Made by a program: the position numbers and the translations under genes. Positions 11,612-23,400 of a stretch of 64,000 bases of DNA are shown here, in pieces. The DNA lies in NCBI GenBank assembly GCA_963745075.1, contig CAVUWV010000008.1:352001-416000 (forward strand), written 5' to 3'. Source of the stretch: Candidatus Hydrogenedentota bacterium. Lineage in GTDB: Bacteria; Hydrogenedentota; Hydrogenedentia; Hydrogenedentales; SLHB01. Each line of letters begins with the position of its first letter. Positions within the stretch are counted from its first letter, which is position 1. The notes beneath the pieces are model-generated. The model was given only the letters and a program-made list of their open reading frames with translations, was not told the origin of the DNA and searched no databases.

Positions 11612-12334
11612 ATGGTTGCATCGCAAGAAGCGGCGGTTGACGAATCCACCCCCCAAAGCCAATGGGTCATCGAACGTGTATTCAACCGCAAGCGCGACGG
11701 CTACTTCATCGAGGCCGGCGCCTGCGTCGGCATCGGCGGCTCCAATACCTGCGTGTTGGAACGCGACTACGGCTGGCGCGGGCTCTGTGTCGAGCCGCAC
11801 CCCGATTTGTACGCCGAACTCGTCAAGAACCGCCAATGCGCCACGGCCAACTGCTGTCTTACCGCGCGGGATACGGAAGTGGACTTCCTGGTCAATCCCG
11901 ATCTCCCCGGAACCAGCGGCATTCAGGATACCCTGGCCCCGAACGTGAAGGGTGCGTTTTATCAGGACGACAAGCAGTACCAGGCCATCAAAGTTCCGGG
12001 TCGTCCCCTTTGGGATCTCCTCCGCGAGCACGAGGCGCCGCACACTATTGACTATTTCAGCCTCGACATCGAAGGCGCCGAATACGAGGCCATGAAGGAT
12101 TTTCCCTTCAACGAGTACACCTTTGCCGCCATGACGATCGAACGCGGGTCGAAGGACTATCTGAAACTCCGCGCGCTCATGCGCGAAAATGGTTACCGGC
12201 TCACCATCGTCGACGCGATGGACGATTTCTGGGTGCATGATTCCACGCCCTACGCGATGGGGCTGGGCGACCGTCTCCAAGTTTCCGCCCGTTGTGCCGT
12301 TCAACAGATCAAAGCCGCGCTGCGATCGGGCTGA
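11612..12334 (+). CDS. FkbM family methyltransferase
   Basis: GYFIEAGA, GWRGLCVEP, IDYFSLDIEGAEY. Confidence 0.9.
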   Translation: MVASQEAAVDESTPQSQWVIERVFNRKRDGYFIEAGACVGIGGSNTCVLERDYGWRGLCVEPHPDLYAELVKNRQCATANCCLTARDTEVDFLVNPDLPGTSGIQDTLAPNVKGAFYQDDKQYQAIKVPGRPLWDLLREHEAPHTIDYFSLDIEGAEYEAMKDFPFNEYTFAAMTIERGSKDYLKLRALMRENGYRLTIVDAMDDFWVHDSTPYAMGLGDRLQVSARCAVQQIKAALRSG

Positions 12335-12363
12335 TCGCGGGCCAACTGCTCGAGGACCTTCCG

Positions 12364-12852
12364 TTGCCGTACACGCCGATCCTTGCCACATTGGGCTACG
12401 TCATGTCTCCCAACCGACGTGAAACCCTGATGGTGCACCGCCACAAGCGCGACGACGACCAGCACCTCGGCAAGTACAACGGGCTCGGCGGCAAACTCGA
12501 ACCGGGGGAAGACGTCGTCGCCTGCATGAAACGCGAGATCCGCGAAGAAGCGGGTATCGAATGCCTCGAAATGGTCCTGCGCGGCACCATCAGTTGGCCC
12601 GGATTCGGCAAAGGCGGGGAAGACTGGTTCGCATTCGTCTTTCGCATCGACCGCTTCGACGGAACGCCCCATTCGGAAAACCCCGAAGGCACCCTCGAAT
12701 GGATCCCCGTGGATCGCGTCCTCGACCTGCCCCTGTGGGAAGGGGATCCCCACTTCCTGCCCCTGGTCTTTTCGAACGATCCGCGCCAGTTCCACGGCCT
12801 TATGCCCTACGACGGCGGCCGGCCCCTGAACTGGTCCTACACCCTCTGCTGA
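12364..12852 (+). CDS. Nudix hydrolase (8-oxo-dGTP diphosphatase-like)
   Basis: Nudix box GGKLEPGEDVVACMKREIREEAG; LPLWEGD; start uncertain. Confidence 0.88.
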   Translation: MPYTPILATLGYVMSPNRRETLMVHRHKRDDDQHLGKYNGLGGKLEPGEDVVACMKREIREEAGIECLEMVLRGTISWPGFGKGGEDWFAFVFRIDRFDGTPHSENPEGTLEWIPVDRVLDLPLWEGDPHFLPLVFSNDPRQFHGLMPYDGGRPLNWSYTLC

Positions 12853-12947
12853 CCGCCTTCCCTCGTCCGCATCTTTACTCTCCCGTCGAATTGGGCTAGA
12901 GTGGGGGACGTTTTCCAATCGAATCGAGGGGTATAAGCGAGGGAACC

Positions 12948-13892
12948 ATGCGCAAAACAACGACACGGAGAGAATTCATGAAAACCACAGGCGCCGGAAT
13001 TGCAGCCGCCACCGCGGCATCGGCGGGGTTCAAAGGCGCGAAAGCCGCGCGCGAATACACCATATCGCTGGCGGGGTGGTCGCTCCACCGGACCATCGGA
13101 AAGGGTGAGGGCAAGACGCCCATGCTCGACATGCCCAAACTATCCCGCGAGGAATGGGATATCGGCGCCATCGAACTCGTGAACAACATGCTCGATCCCC
13201 ACGACGAGTCGTTTGCCAATATGAAACCCTACATCGATCAACTCGCCAAGAATGCCGCGTTCCACAACGTTCAATTCATGCTCATCATGGTCGACGGCCA
13301 GGGAAGCATCGGCGGCGAAGAGCAGGCCGAGCGCGATCAAGCGGTCACGAACCATCAGAAATGGATCGACATCTCGAACTATCTCGGCTGCCACTCCATG
13401 CGCATGAACTGGGTCGGCGCGCCGCACAACGTCGTGGAAGACGACGCGGCGTTAACCGCCTTCATCGAACGCTCCGTGCCCGGGTTCCGCGCCTTGTGCG
13501 ATTACGGCGACGGGAAGGACATCAACGTCATCATCGAAAACCACGGCGGCGCGTCCTCCCATCCCGCGGCGGTGGAGAAGCTGATGGCGGCCGTCGATCA
13601 CCCCCGCTTCGGCACCTTGCCCGACTTCGGCAATTTCCCCGATGACGTCGATCTCTACGACGGTATCGACCGGCTCATGAACTTCGCCATCAAAGCCGTC
13701 AGCGCGAAATGTTACGACTTCGACGACACCACCGGCGACGAGACCAAGTTGGATTACCCGCGGATCATCGAGAATGTCGTCGACAAGCACGGCTACCACG
13801 GCCACATCGGCATCGAATTCGAAGGCGACCGGCTCACCGAATTCGAAGGCATCCGCCGCTGCAAAGCCCTGCTCGACCGGCTGATGGCCTAG
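12948..13892 (+). CDS. Tat-exported sugar phosphate isomerase/epimerase (TIM barrel)
   Basis: TRREFMK Tat motif; IENHGG, LPDFGNF, IGIEFEG. Confidence 0.9.
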   Translation: MRKTTTRREFMKTTGAGIAAATAASAGFKGAKAAREYTISLAGWSLHRTIGKGEGKTPMLDMPKLSREEWDIGAIELVNNMLDPHDESFANMKPYIDQLAKNAAFHNVQFMLIMVDGQGSIGGEEQAERDQAVTNHQKWIDISNYLGCHSMRMNWVGAPHNVVEDDAALTAFIERSVPGFRALCDYGDGKDINVIIENHGGASSHPAAVEKLMAAVDHPRFGTLPDFGNFPDDVDLYDGIDRLMNFAIKAVSAKCYDFDDTTGDETKLDYPRIIENVVDKHGYHGHIGIEFEGDRLTEFEGIRRCKALLDRLMA

Positions 13893-13903
13893 AGCGATTC
13901 GTC

Positions 13904-13993
13904 AATGGGACCGATGGGACCCATGCGACCTATTGGCCATCAAAAGCATCGATGTCTGGTTTTATAGGTCTCATTCGTCTCATAGGTCCCATT
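13904..13993. repeat. Inverted cassette of 9-nt period repeats between convergent genes
   Basis: aatgggaccgatgggacccatgcgacctat ... ataggtctcattcgtctcataggtcccatt. Confidence 0.75.
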
Positions 13994-13997
13994 GCAT

Positions 13998-14703
13998 TCA
14001 CGGATTCGTCCCCCAGATATCCATGTCCCGAATCAGCGTGCGCCCCGGCAGGCACGCCATGTGCACGACAGTCGCCGCGATGTCTGCCGCATGCAGGTGA
14101 AGTCCCGGTCCATGGGCGGGCCCATTATCCTCACCGGTGTTGACCGCGCTCGGATTAAGCACCATCACCCGGATATTGTGTCGCCGCACCTCGTAGATCA
14201 GCGCCTGCGAAAACCCCTGCAATCCGAACTTGCTCGTTGCGTAGGCGGCCGCGCCCCGGATCGCCCTTCTTTCCGCTCATGGAACTGATCATGAAGATGT
14301 CGCCGCGCTCCTTCGCGATCATCCCGGGCAGAAACGCCTTCGTCGTAAGAAACACGCCCGTCAGGTTCGTCGCGATCACTTCGTTCCAGTACTCCAGCGG
14401 CAATTCGGCCACTGGCGCACCAAGAAATGCCGCGGCGTTGTTCACGAGAATATCGAGCGCACCCAGATCGCCGGTCACGGCTTTCGCCAACTGTTCAATC
14501 GCTTCCGGGTCGCGCTGATCGCACACATAGGGGCGGCACCGCGCACCGATACTCTCCGCCGATGCGGTAATCGTGTCGCGGTTGCGGCCCGTAATAGCCA
14601 CCGTCGCCCCTGCCTCGTGCAACGCGCGGGCGATATGTTTGCCGATGCCCCGGCTCCCGCCGGTAACCAGCGCCGTTTTTCCGGAGAGGTCATTCTGTTG
14701 CAT
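13998..14703 (-). CDS. Short-chain dehydrogenase/reductase; frameshift near 14255
   Basis: TGGSRGIG, LVNNAA; C-terminus in ORF 13998..14222. Confidence 0.88.
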
Positions 14704-14707
14704 GGGG

Positions 14708-15528
14708 TTACTCCTTGTGCGCGTTCAGGGCGTTGATTAGATCGCCGGAATCGAAGACAAATCCGAACTGCACGGAAACCCGCCACAGCCCCAGGTCCTT
14801 GGCAAGTTGATGCCGCGCCGTTTCCTTCATTTCAACCGCCGTGGTTGCGTCGCGAATCACCGAACACAACACGCCGCGACGATGCATGTCCATCATGCCA
14901 CCCGGCGACGTGAGTAGACACGCGTCCACCGCGAATCCCATGTAGATAAGGTGATTGATCCCGTGTGCCTTGCACAGCGCAAACAACTGATGCGTGTCAT
15001 GCGCAATGGGTTCGTTCGCGAGGGGGTGCGCTTCCGGCGCAAAATCGAGGTGCGCGAACCCGCGGTCGATGTCTTCCAGATTGTCCCGGCCGGGGTACGC
15101 GTGGTCCCGCTTGAACGCGAGCAATGCGTCGCGCACCGGGTCGCTCGGGACTTTCTCTACGTCATCGGATCCGGACTGGCCAGTTCCCGCGTTTGCGCGT
15201 AGCCCGGCAGATTCTTGTAGTACTCGTCGCCGCCCACCACGTGAAACAGCGGCAAGGGGGAGCGCCGGACCGCGGCCAGCAGCGGAGGAAACACCCGCCA
15301 CCCGATCTCCGCCGCGCGCGGGATATACGGCACCGCCCGGTGCCAACCCGGAAACCGCTCTTCATCGCCGCAGTCCCACGCGTGCATGACCGCAACGGCC
15401 GTATGGTCCGGTGCGATCTCAATATCACTACGTTGCCACCCCCCGAACCCCTCTTCGGGCACGTCGCGCGAAAAGTCCGCATCGAAGTGCTGGTAGTAAT
15501 ATGCGGGCAACCGAATCGTCGTTGACAT
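14708..15528 (-). CDS. Cysteine hydrolase / isochorismatase-like protein; frameshift near 15165
   Basis: TAVAVMHAWD, HLIYMGFAVDACLL, IRDATTAVE over two frames. Confidence 0.7.
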
Positions 15529-15647
15529 CGTGCACTCCTCAAGCAGCGCCCCTGTCGGTAACCCCATTTCGCCACGGATACCGCTGCACGATCAACTGCT
15601 CGGGCAAAGTTACGCCCAACCGTCATCCGGGCGCCAGCTTACCACTC

Positions 15648-15792
15648 ATCGTAATCGTGCTCGTTATCGTAATCGAATTGGACTTCCGTGTATCCGCCAA
15701 TAGAAGCACAACACCCGGAATCGGGAAGCTGTAATTTTCGCGATAAATGGAGGTCAATTGATTACGATTACGACAACGATTACGAGCACGAG
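15648..15792. repeat. Inverted hexamer (TCGTAA/TCGTAC-like) microsatellite cassette
   Basis: atcgtaatcgtgctcgttatcgtaatcg ... gattacgattacgacaacgattacgagcacgag. Confidence 0.75.
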
Positions 15793-15869
15793 TTGGGCAA
15801 GGTCTGGCTCGATCGTTGCCAATGGTTCGTGGCACCGCGCGTGCTTTGCTCGGGCTATTCTACCGCGCC

Positions 15870-17584
15870 ATGTTGAACTACCCGACGCAAGCCGTCAGAA
15901 TCTCGCCCATGCTGGATCGCGTCGATAAACCCGTTCCCGAGCCGTCCCGCGAGCCCGGGATCCCTCCGCCGCCACCCTCGGGCGCATGGCGGATGCTCCT
16001 CGAGTACATCCTCTGGACGGCTCTGTTTCTCGCGGGCGTGGCTGATTCTGCACCTGCTCAAACTCGAAGCCATCGACGGCCACGCGACGCCCTTCTACGC
16101 GCTTCCTTCGTCCCCTGCACGAATCGTGGGCCGAAGTGCTGGCCCTCTTCCCGATCATCGTCGTTCCTGCGTATCTGATGCGCGGTGTATTGACGAGAAG
16201 ATGGGCCCCCGGGTGGGGATGGGGCATCCTGCTTGCCGTCGGACTTCATCGCGCCGTGCGCTTTCGTCGCCGAGGTCTATTACGCAAAGACCGGCGGCGA
16301 CGACTATTCGTTGGTTCGCGCTGGCGCGATCGCAACCGTCGTGTTGACGCGCGACAGCGTTCCCGTTCTCATCGCCGAAGCGGGAATCTCTCTCGGCCTC
16401 CTGGGGTTTCGTCATCTCCGCAAAGGCGACCGAAGCCTCTCCGTACCGTGTTCCTATGCCTGTTCCTGCTGGGCGCCATGGCGTGTCTGTTCTTCTTTTC
16501 CGGCGCCATCGCCGAACTCCGACGGAGTTCCGAGCCGTTGACCGACGGCATCACCAAGGCCTACAGCCGAACCACGCAGGAATACATCGCCGACATCGGC
16601 AAGGGCGACACCATTCACGGATTCATGGAGAACTTCATCGCGTTGCACCCCATACTGTCCCACCACCAGCGCGTGCACCCGCCGGGACCGACGATTCTGT
16701 TGTGGTTGCTATCGTTCCTGGTCGGCCGCGGCACGCTGGCCTTGTCCCTCGCCACCATGGCCGGCGCGACGTTGTCGCTCGTTCCCTGTTTCCTGTGGGC
16801 CCGCGAACTTGGCGGCGGACGCATGGGTCTCGTCGCCTGCGCCATCTTCGTCTTCTGTCCCGGAATCGTCGCTTTCACCGCGACCAGCGCCGACATGCTT
16901 TTCATGCCGTTCACGCTCATGGCGTTGTTCCTGTTCGAACGCGCCGTGCGCCGCGAATCCTGGCTGGCCGCGCTGGGCAGCGGGATCTTCTACGCCCTCG
17001 CGGTCTTCTGCTCGTTCAACATCATGTGCATCGGGTTCTACTTCGGACTCGTTGGCCTCTGGGAATTGCGCGACCGCGAAGGACGATTCCCCATCATTCG
17101 CACCGCCGCGCTCATGCTGCTTGGATTCGTGGGTACTTACGGCCTCATGTACCTCTGGTCGGGATTCAACATGATCGACTGCTTCCTCGTCGGCTGGCAG
17201 GAGCAGCGCTTTGATCTTACCACCCAAACCAACCGCTGGGCCGCCCCCTGGTGGCGCTTGTTCCATCCGCTGTCGGTCATCTACTACGTCGGTATCCCCG
17301 TGACGGTTTTGCTTGTCCAGCGGCTGTACCGGCCCGACGCCATTCAGCACCCCACCTTCGTGATGATGGTGCTCACTTTCCTCTTCCTCAACGCCGTCGT
17401 CCCCGCCCGCGGCGAAATGGAGCGCACCGGCCTCTACATGTACCCCTTGCTCATCGCCCCCGCCGCCCACCTCCTAACCACCCGCTGGCAGCAATCCCGT
17501 TCCGAAGCCCCCCTCGCCGTCGCGCTCGGCTTCCTCGCGTTCCAATGCTGGCTGACCGAGTATTTGTTCTGGACCTACTGGTGA
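15870..17584 (+). CDS. Polytopic membrane protein, GT-C (PMT/ArnT-like) glycosyltransferase candidate; 5' part frameshifted
   Basis: Many TM segments, HPPGP motif and terminal GEMER motif in ORF 16136..17584; N-terminal TM fragments in other frames. Confidence 0.6.
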
Positions 17585-17602
17585 TGAGCGAAGCGGCGGA
17601 CG

Positions 17603-17650
17603 CAAATTCGAAATCCAAAACAAATTCGAATGACCGAAACGGGGAAATGT
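17603..17650. repeat. TTCGGATTTCGAAT-family repeat (inverted relative to 18010-18062)
   Basis: caaattcgaaatccaaaacaaattcgaatgaccgaaacggggaaatg. Confidence 0.8.
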
Positions 17651-17775
17651 CAGAAACAAACTGCAATCCGGTCCGATCATGGCCGACAACATTTGCGCGC
17701 AATTCGAGGTTGCCCGTAACCGCCTCCTGCCACGTCGCACGAACCCAAAAATCGCCTCAAAGTCGGGAAGTTCTT

Positions 17776-17898
17776 GCAGGACGGGAATGGTTCCCGTCCA
17801 GTCCTTCCTGATAGACCCTATGCTCGGCCGCCACCCATCGGTATTTTGGCGGACTTACTCAGCCAGAACTCCCGGGACGGAAATCATTTCCGTCCTAC
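17776..17898. repeat. Second inverted GTAG-REP pair
   Basis: gcaggacgggaatggttcccgtcc (17776-17799) and ggacggaaatcatttccgtcctac (17875-17898); same family as 3893-4036. Confidence 0.8.
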
Positions 17899-18009
17899 TT
17901 AGGCTGCCCTCGGCTTGCAAGCCGTAGGACAAGAGAACGCCCGCCATCCACCAGTGCAATCCGAAATCTCAAACCTGAGATACTGCGCGACACGGCCAGT
18001 GTGCGCCGT

Positions 18010-18062
18010 TTCGGTCATTTCCCCTTTTGGTCATTCGAATTTGTTTCGGATTTCGAATTTCT
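18010..18062. repeat. TTCGGATTTCGAAT-family repeat
   Basis: ttttggtcattcgaatttgtttcggatttcgaattt next to the stop at 18066. Confidence 0.8.
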
Positions 18063-18065
18063 CCC

Positions 18066-20225
18066 TCAAGGCAACGTCAGATTCACCGAAACCTCCCCGC
18101 CGTCTGCAACTTGGACATGCTCCGTCGCGATCCGGGTATTGGGAACATTCTGGGGAGTTCCGCTCACCCCCGCAAAGGCGAGCACGGTGTATTCGCCGGG
18201 TTCGATCTCGTCCATATGGAAGGTGCCATCGGGTTGTACCACGCCGCCTCCGATGTAGACTTGTTCGTTGTCCCACCAAAAATCGTGGTCCACGGAGTCA
18301 ATCTGCAGATCGCCACGGAAAACGGCAACGTTGGGCTGGTAGGCGGCGTTCTCCCAGCTCACGGTGCCCGCAATCGCGGCGCCACCCGTGAATTCAACAT
18401 CGTGCCGTGTCACTTGGCCGTCGGAAACATCCACCAGGGCGGAGCGGAATCGTATGCCCTTGTCCGGGGTCTGATAGCTCGCACGCAGGACGGCGTCACC
18501 CACGACCACCCCTTCAAGACGGTAGTGCCCCCTCTTGTCGGCTTGGCCGCCAAAACCTTCTACGATACCCGAAGGGCCGGCGACCGACACGCCGATCGTA
18601 GCACCGGTGACGGGTTTTCCGTCCTTGGTGACGAAACCTTCGACCGTTGCAGTCCCGCCAGCGAGCGCGAAGTCGACGGTGGTCACTTCGCCTTTGGCGA
18701 CGATGGCTTGTCGGCGGGCGCTGTGGCTGGAATCCTTTTGTCGAATGAGAGCGAACACGCGAACGGTGCCTTCAGGAACTCGTTCAATCGAGTATTTACC
18801 GTTGCCGTCCGTCTGTGCGCTCGCACTTCGGTAGACACCCTCTAAGCTATCCACGCTGACGGTTTGCCCCGCTACCGGCTTTCCCGCAACGGTAACATGG
18901 CCTTCAACCGTACCGCCGCGACTGAGTTCGATGGTCACCTGCGTCGTTTCACCGAACGTTACGCTGATCGGCGCCACGCCGGACACGTAGTCGCTATGCA
19001 CCGCTGACACCTTCGATACATCCGGCGCAACCGACGCGATTTGGAAACGCCCGTCCTCGTCCGAGACGGCGGCCGATTCGACATCGTTAGGCGGCGGGCC
19101 GGCCGGCGGGTTGCCAAGGTAGATCCACGCCTTGGAAATTGGCTGACCATCCTTGTCAACAACCCTGCCTTCAATTGTCGCGCCGGGTTCCATTCGGATA
19201 AGTACGCCCGAGACGGTCGCACCTTCACGCACATGCTGGACCACTTGCTGCGTCGTGACGAGTCCTTCCGCCGCCGCCACCACGTAGTTGTCCACGGCCT
19301 CCGCGTTGTCGAGATGGAAATTGCCCTGGGGATCGGTAACGATCGACAAGCGCCCCCGCTCACCGGGCCTGTTCAGATTGAACGGCGAGGACGATGCCCC
19401 AATCTGATACGTGGTGACGGGTTGGCCGGTTCTCGCGTTAATCACGCGGCCCTCGATGCTGCCCCTGCCCGTCAAGGTGAAATTCACGTTGGTCGTATCG
19501 GCTTGGACCGGGTCGCTGACCAGGTAGGTGTAGTCGTGGTGCGACACGAGGATGTGATACGTGCCTTCAAGCAGGTCGTTGAACCGGTAGGCGCCGTTTT
19601 CGTCGGTGTGCGTGTTTCTGACGCCTTCATTGCGGCCATTGTCGGCATTGACCGCCGCGTTCGGAATCGGTTCGCCGGAACCGTTCGTCACGGTACCTGA
19701 AATGAAGTGAATATCCTCACCCGGATACACCAACCGCAGGTCCGCTATCGTCTCATTCGCCGAAACCGTATAACGCCCCGCCGGTTGATCCTCGTATCGG
19801 GGACGCCTAAACGTCAAGTCATACGTTCCCGCGGGAAGACCACGAAGTCGAAAGGCGCCGTCTGTATCCGTTTTCGCACCGCGGATGGCGTTTTCCTTCG
19901 GGCCCTCGGCTGGCACCGCTCCGATGGACATCCTTTCCATGGGTCTCCCGAGCTTGTCAACGACGGTGCCCGCCAACGTAGCGCCCGCATTCGTTGCGTC
20001 GGGCGCCGGCTTCTCAACGTCGGGGTTGGCGACCTCCTCCGCAGGCGCGTTCACGGAATCAGCCGCGCCGGATGCTACGGATACTGCAGCCGGCGCCTTC
20101 GCCAAGTCCGATTTTCCGGCGGGCCTATTGAAAGCGCCCCCGAACAACAGTGCCCACACTGCGACGAGCACCAGGACGGTCACTACTGCGATAACCACTA
20201 AGCGTGTTCGCTTGACTCCAGCCAT
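18066..20225 (-). CDS. Membrane-anchored carboxypeptidase-regulatory-like repeat protein
   Basis: N-terminal TM anchor; repeated G.V.D..G.P and TD.NG.Y motifs; 719 aa. Confidence 0.88.
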   Translation of the reverse strand: MAGVKRTRLVVIAVVTVLVLVAVWALLFGGAFNRPAGKSDLAKAPAAVSVASGAADSVNAPAEEVANPDVEKPAPDATNAGATLAGTVVDKLGRPMERMSIGAVPAEGPKENAIRGAKTDTDGAFRLRGLPAGTYDLTFRRPRYEDQPAGRYTVSANETIADLRLVYPGEDIHFISGTVTNGSGEPIPNAAVNADNGRNEGVRNTHTDENGAYRFNDLLEGTYHILVSHHDYTYLVSDPVQADTTNVNFTLTGRGSIEGRVINARTGQPVTTYQIGASSSPFNLNRPGERGRLSIVTDPQGNFHLDNAEAVDNYVVAAAEGLVTTQQVVQHVREGATVSGVLIRMEPGATIEGRVVDKDGQPISKAWIYLGNPPAGPPPNDVESAAVSDEDGRFQIASVAPDVSKVSAVHSDYVSGVAPISVTFGETTQVTIELSRGGTVEGHVTVAGKPVAGQTVSVDSLEGVYRSASAQTDGNGKYSIERVPEGTVRVFALIRQKDSSHSARRQAIVAKGEVTTVDFALAGGTATVEGFVTKDGKPVTGATIGVSVAGPSGIVEGFGGQADKRGHYRLEGVVVGDAVLRASYQTPDKGIRFRSALVDVSDGQVTRHDVEFTGGAAIAGTVSWENAAYQPNVAVFRGDLQIDSVDHDFWWDNEQVYIGGGVVQPDGTFHMDEIEPGEYTVLAFAGVSGTPQNVPNTRIATEHVQVADGGEVSVNLTLP

Positions 20226-20374
20226 TGTCCCCCCGTGTAGCTCGACCGACTTGTTTTACAAGCCGGTCCCACCAGCTGTGTCTCACTGATACGTCAAATT
20301 CGCCGAAACCCCCTCAACGCCCGAGGCCGGACAAGCTCCGTCGCGTCGCGAGCATAGGTTCGCCGTTTCGGCTC

Positions 20375-20435
20375 TTTCCCCATTTTGGTCATTCGAATTT
20401 GTTTCGGATTTCGATATTCGGATTTCGAATTTCCC
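20375..20435. repeat. TTCGGATTTCGAAT-family repeat
   Basis: ttttggtcattcgaatttgtttcggatttcgatattcggatttcgaattt next to the stop at 20439. Confidence 0.8.
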
Positions 20436-20438
20436 TCG

Positions 20439-23400
20439 TCACGGCAGCGTTAATCGCGCCGAAAACTCCCCATCGCCCGAAACGCTCACGTACTGCGTCC
20501 CAACGCGGGCGTTAGACATGTCCGGGGTCGGGTCACCCGCAAAACCGACGGCCACGACCGTATAGTCCCCGGGGCTCAAACCGCCCACGCGGAAACTTCC
20601 GTCGGGCTGGACCATGGCGTTGCCCACGACCAGTTGCTGATTGGCCATCCAGAAACTCTGATCGATGGTGGTGATCTGCATTTTGCCGGACACGATGACG
20701 ACAAACGTCCGCCCCTCCTGCGACGCGCCGGACACGGTCCCCGCGATCGTCGCCCCCGCGTTGACGTCCACGTCCTGTTGCACCACGCGCCCGTCGACCG
20801 CGTTCACCTGGACCGTTCGCGTCTGCCACTCGTTTTCGGATGCCTGGTAGGCCACGCGCAGCGTGGCCGCTCCCGCGGTCATGCCCTCGATCCGGTAGAA
20901 TCCGTTCCCGTCGACCTGGCTACTGAAGTTCTCCACCGCGCCGGTCGCTCCGGTGACCGACACGGACACCTGCCCCTGCGGCACAGGTTGGCCACCCATG
21001 GTCACATACCCCTCGATGGTCGCGTTCCCGCCCGCAAAGTCGAAATCGACCACGGTCACCTGGTCTTCGGCAACGATCGCGGCTTGATTTGCGCTGCGGT
21101 TCGAATCGCCCTGCCGCAGGTTCACGACTACGATAACGTCACCTTCCGGGATTCCCTTGATGGTATACGTGCCGTCTGCGCCGGTCTCGCCATACTGGGG
21201 CTGCCCGCCGGTGTTCTGGCGCTGAACGTATACGCGCTGGCCACTCGCCGGTTGCCCCGCGACCGTGACCCGGCCCTGGATGGTGCCACCGCCGCCCAGA
21301 CGGATCGTCACCTGCGACGTGCCGCCCGGTGTGACGGTTACCAGCTCGCTTCCGGGTGCGAAATCGCTGTGGACGGCCGACACCATCGTGGTATCGGGCC
21401 CGAGCGAGGTAATCTCGAAGGTGCCATCGGCGCCCGACGTGGCGACCATTTCGCGATCCATACGCCACTGATCGCGTGGCGCCCCACCGAGGTAAATCCG
21501 TGCGCCCGAAACTGGTTGGCCGCTCGAATCGGTGACCAGACCGTCGATGGTCGCGCCCGGATCCAACTTGAATAGAATCCCGGAGACCGTCGCGCCCTCG
21601 CGTACCCCCGTGACCGGCTGTTGCGACGGCGCGTAGCCTTCCGCCGTGACCGCCACGTAGCCGTCGCCCGCTTCAACATTGTTCAGCTTGAAGTTGCCGT
21701 CGGGATCCATAAACGCCGTGAGGTTCCCGTACATGGCCGGCGTCGCGAGGTTAATCTTGCCGCCAAATGAGCCCACTTGGAACTTCGTCACCGGCTGGCC
21801 CGTTCGCGCGCTGACCACGCGGCCTTCGATGGTCCCCCTGCCGGTCAATACAAAATTGACGTTGGCCGTGCCGGCCTGAACTCCCTCTTTGTTTTGATGG
21901 GTGTACTCGCCGTGATAGGCGTAAACGCGGTAAGCGCCCTCCTCCAGGCCCGAGATGGTATACGTGCCGTCCTCATCCGTATTGGCATATCCATACCCGC
22001 GGCCCCGATCCAATTGAGCGTTGATGCTCGCGTTACGGAGCGGTTCGCCGGCGCTGTTCGTGACGCGCCCCGAGATCGTCAGTCCGCCCGCCTCCTCATA
22101 CACTACTTTGATGCCGGTCTTATGTTCGCCCTCGCCGACGGTCACCTCGGTACCCGCCTGCGCCCCTCGGTTGCTATACGAGTTGTACGGCCGGACCCGA
22201 ATCCGGTACGTCGCAGCCATCAACCCCTGAATCTTGAATTTGCCGTCCGCGTCCAGACTGGCACTTTGCGCCTGCGCCTGTTCCCCGTTCGACACCGGTT
22301 CCGCCGTCACGCTGGCTTGTTTCATCGGATTGCCCGTCGCGTCGACCACCACCCCGGCGATGCTGCTGCCGGACCCCATCACGATCTCGACGCCGTTCAG
22401 GTCCGTTTCGCCGATTTCGAGCGGTCCCACCGGTGCGGCCGAATAGCCCGCCTTGGTCGCCGTGATCATGATCTTCTGGTTTCCCGAATACCCCCGGTGT
22501 TCGAACGTGCCGTCTTCGCCGGTGTTCGTATCCTCACCCTCGCCGTTGTCCGTCATCGGCGAACTCGAAACGTGGGCGAACTCGATCGGGTTCCCGTCCT
22601 CATCCACCACGCGGCCGCGAACGAGCAATCCGTACTTCATCGGGAAATCGATGTCCGGCGTCGTCTTCCCGAGTTGGACGTTCACCTTCTTGTCCTCCCG
22701 GCTTTCACCGTGAAGGTATCCAAGCATCCAGTTACGGTGGATCGTATGTGGTCCCTCACCCAGGCCTTCAATCTTGTAGATTCCATTTGCGTCCGAATGG
22801 GCCTGGCGCTGCGGGGTCGCGCCCCCATCCGGTCGGGCACTGATTCGGACGTTTTTCAACGCCTTGCCGGAATCGAACGTCATACGCCCGTCCGGTCACG
22901 ACGCCGCCTATAGCCACGATAAGCCGGAGATCGTCCACGCTGTCGCCCCCGGCAATGGTAAACTCCGGCGGCTTGCCCGAGAGCAGGCGCGTGTCATCCT
23001 CGATCGCGATCCGGTACTTGGCGTCGGCCAGATGCGGAAGCTCGAATCGGCCTTCCTCATCCGTCTTGGCTTCATCTTCGGCGCGTGGCACGTCGCTGGA
23101 TGCAACGACTTTAATGTCGGGGATCGGGTCGCCCGTTTCCGCCGCGACCACTTCGCCCGTCGCATGGCCGCCCGGGCTCAGGACCAGTTCGGCATCCAAG
23201 GTGCCCACCGGAATGTAGTCCGACGCGAGGACGGCATAATTCTCCGCCTTCACGGTCAGTTGCCAGGCGCCTTCCCAGAGATGCGGCAGGTAAAACGTGC
23301 CGTCGTTGTTGGTCGGCACCTGGGCGGCCATGCCGATGGACCCACTCATCCGGTTCCGCTCGTCTTGCGTCTTTTCCGGGTATACCCGCGCGTCCGCGAC

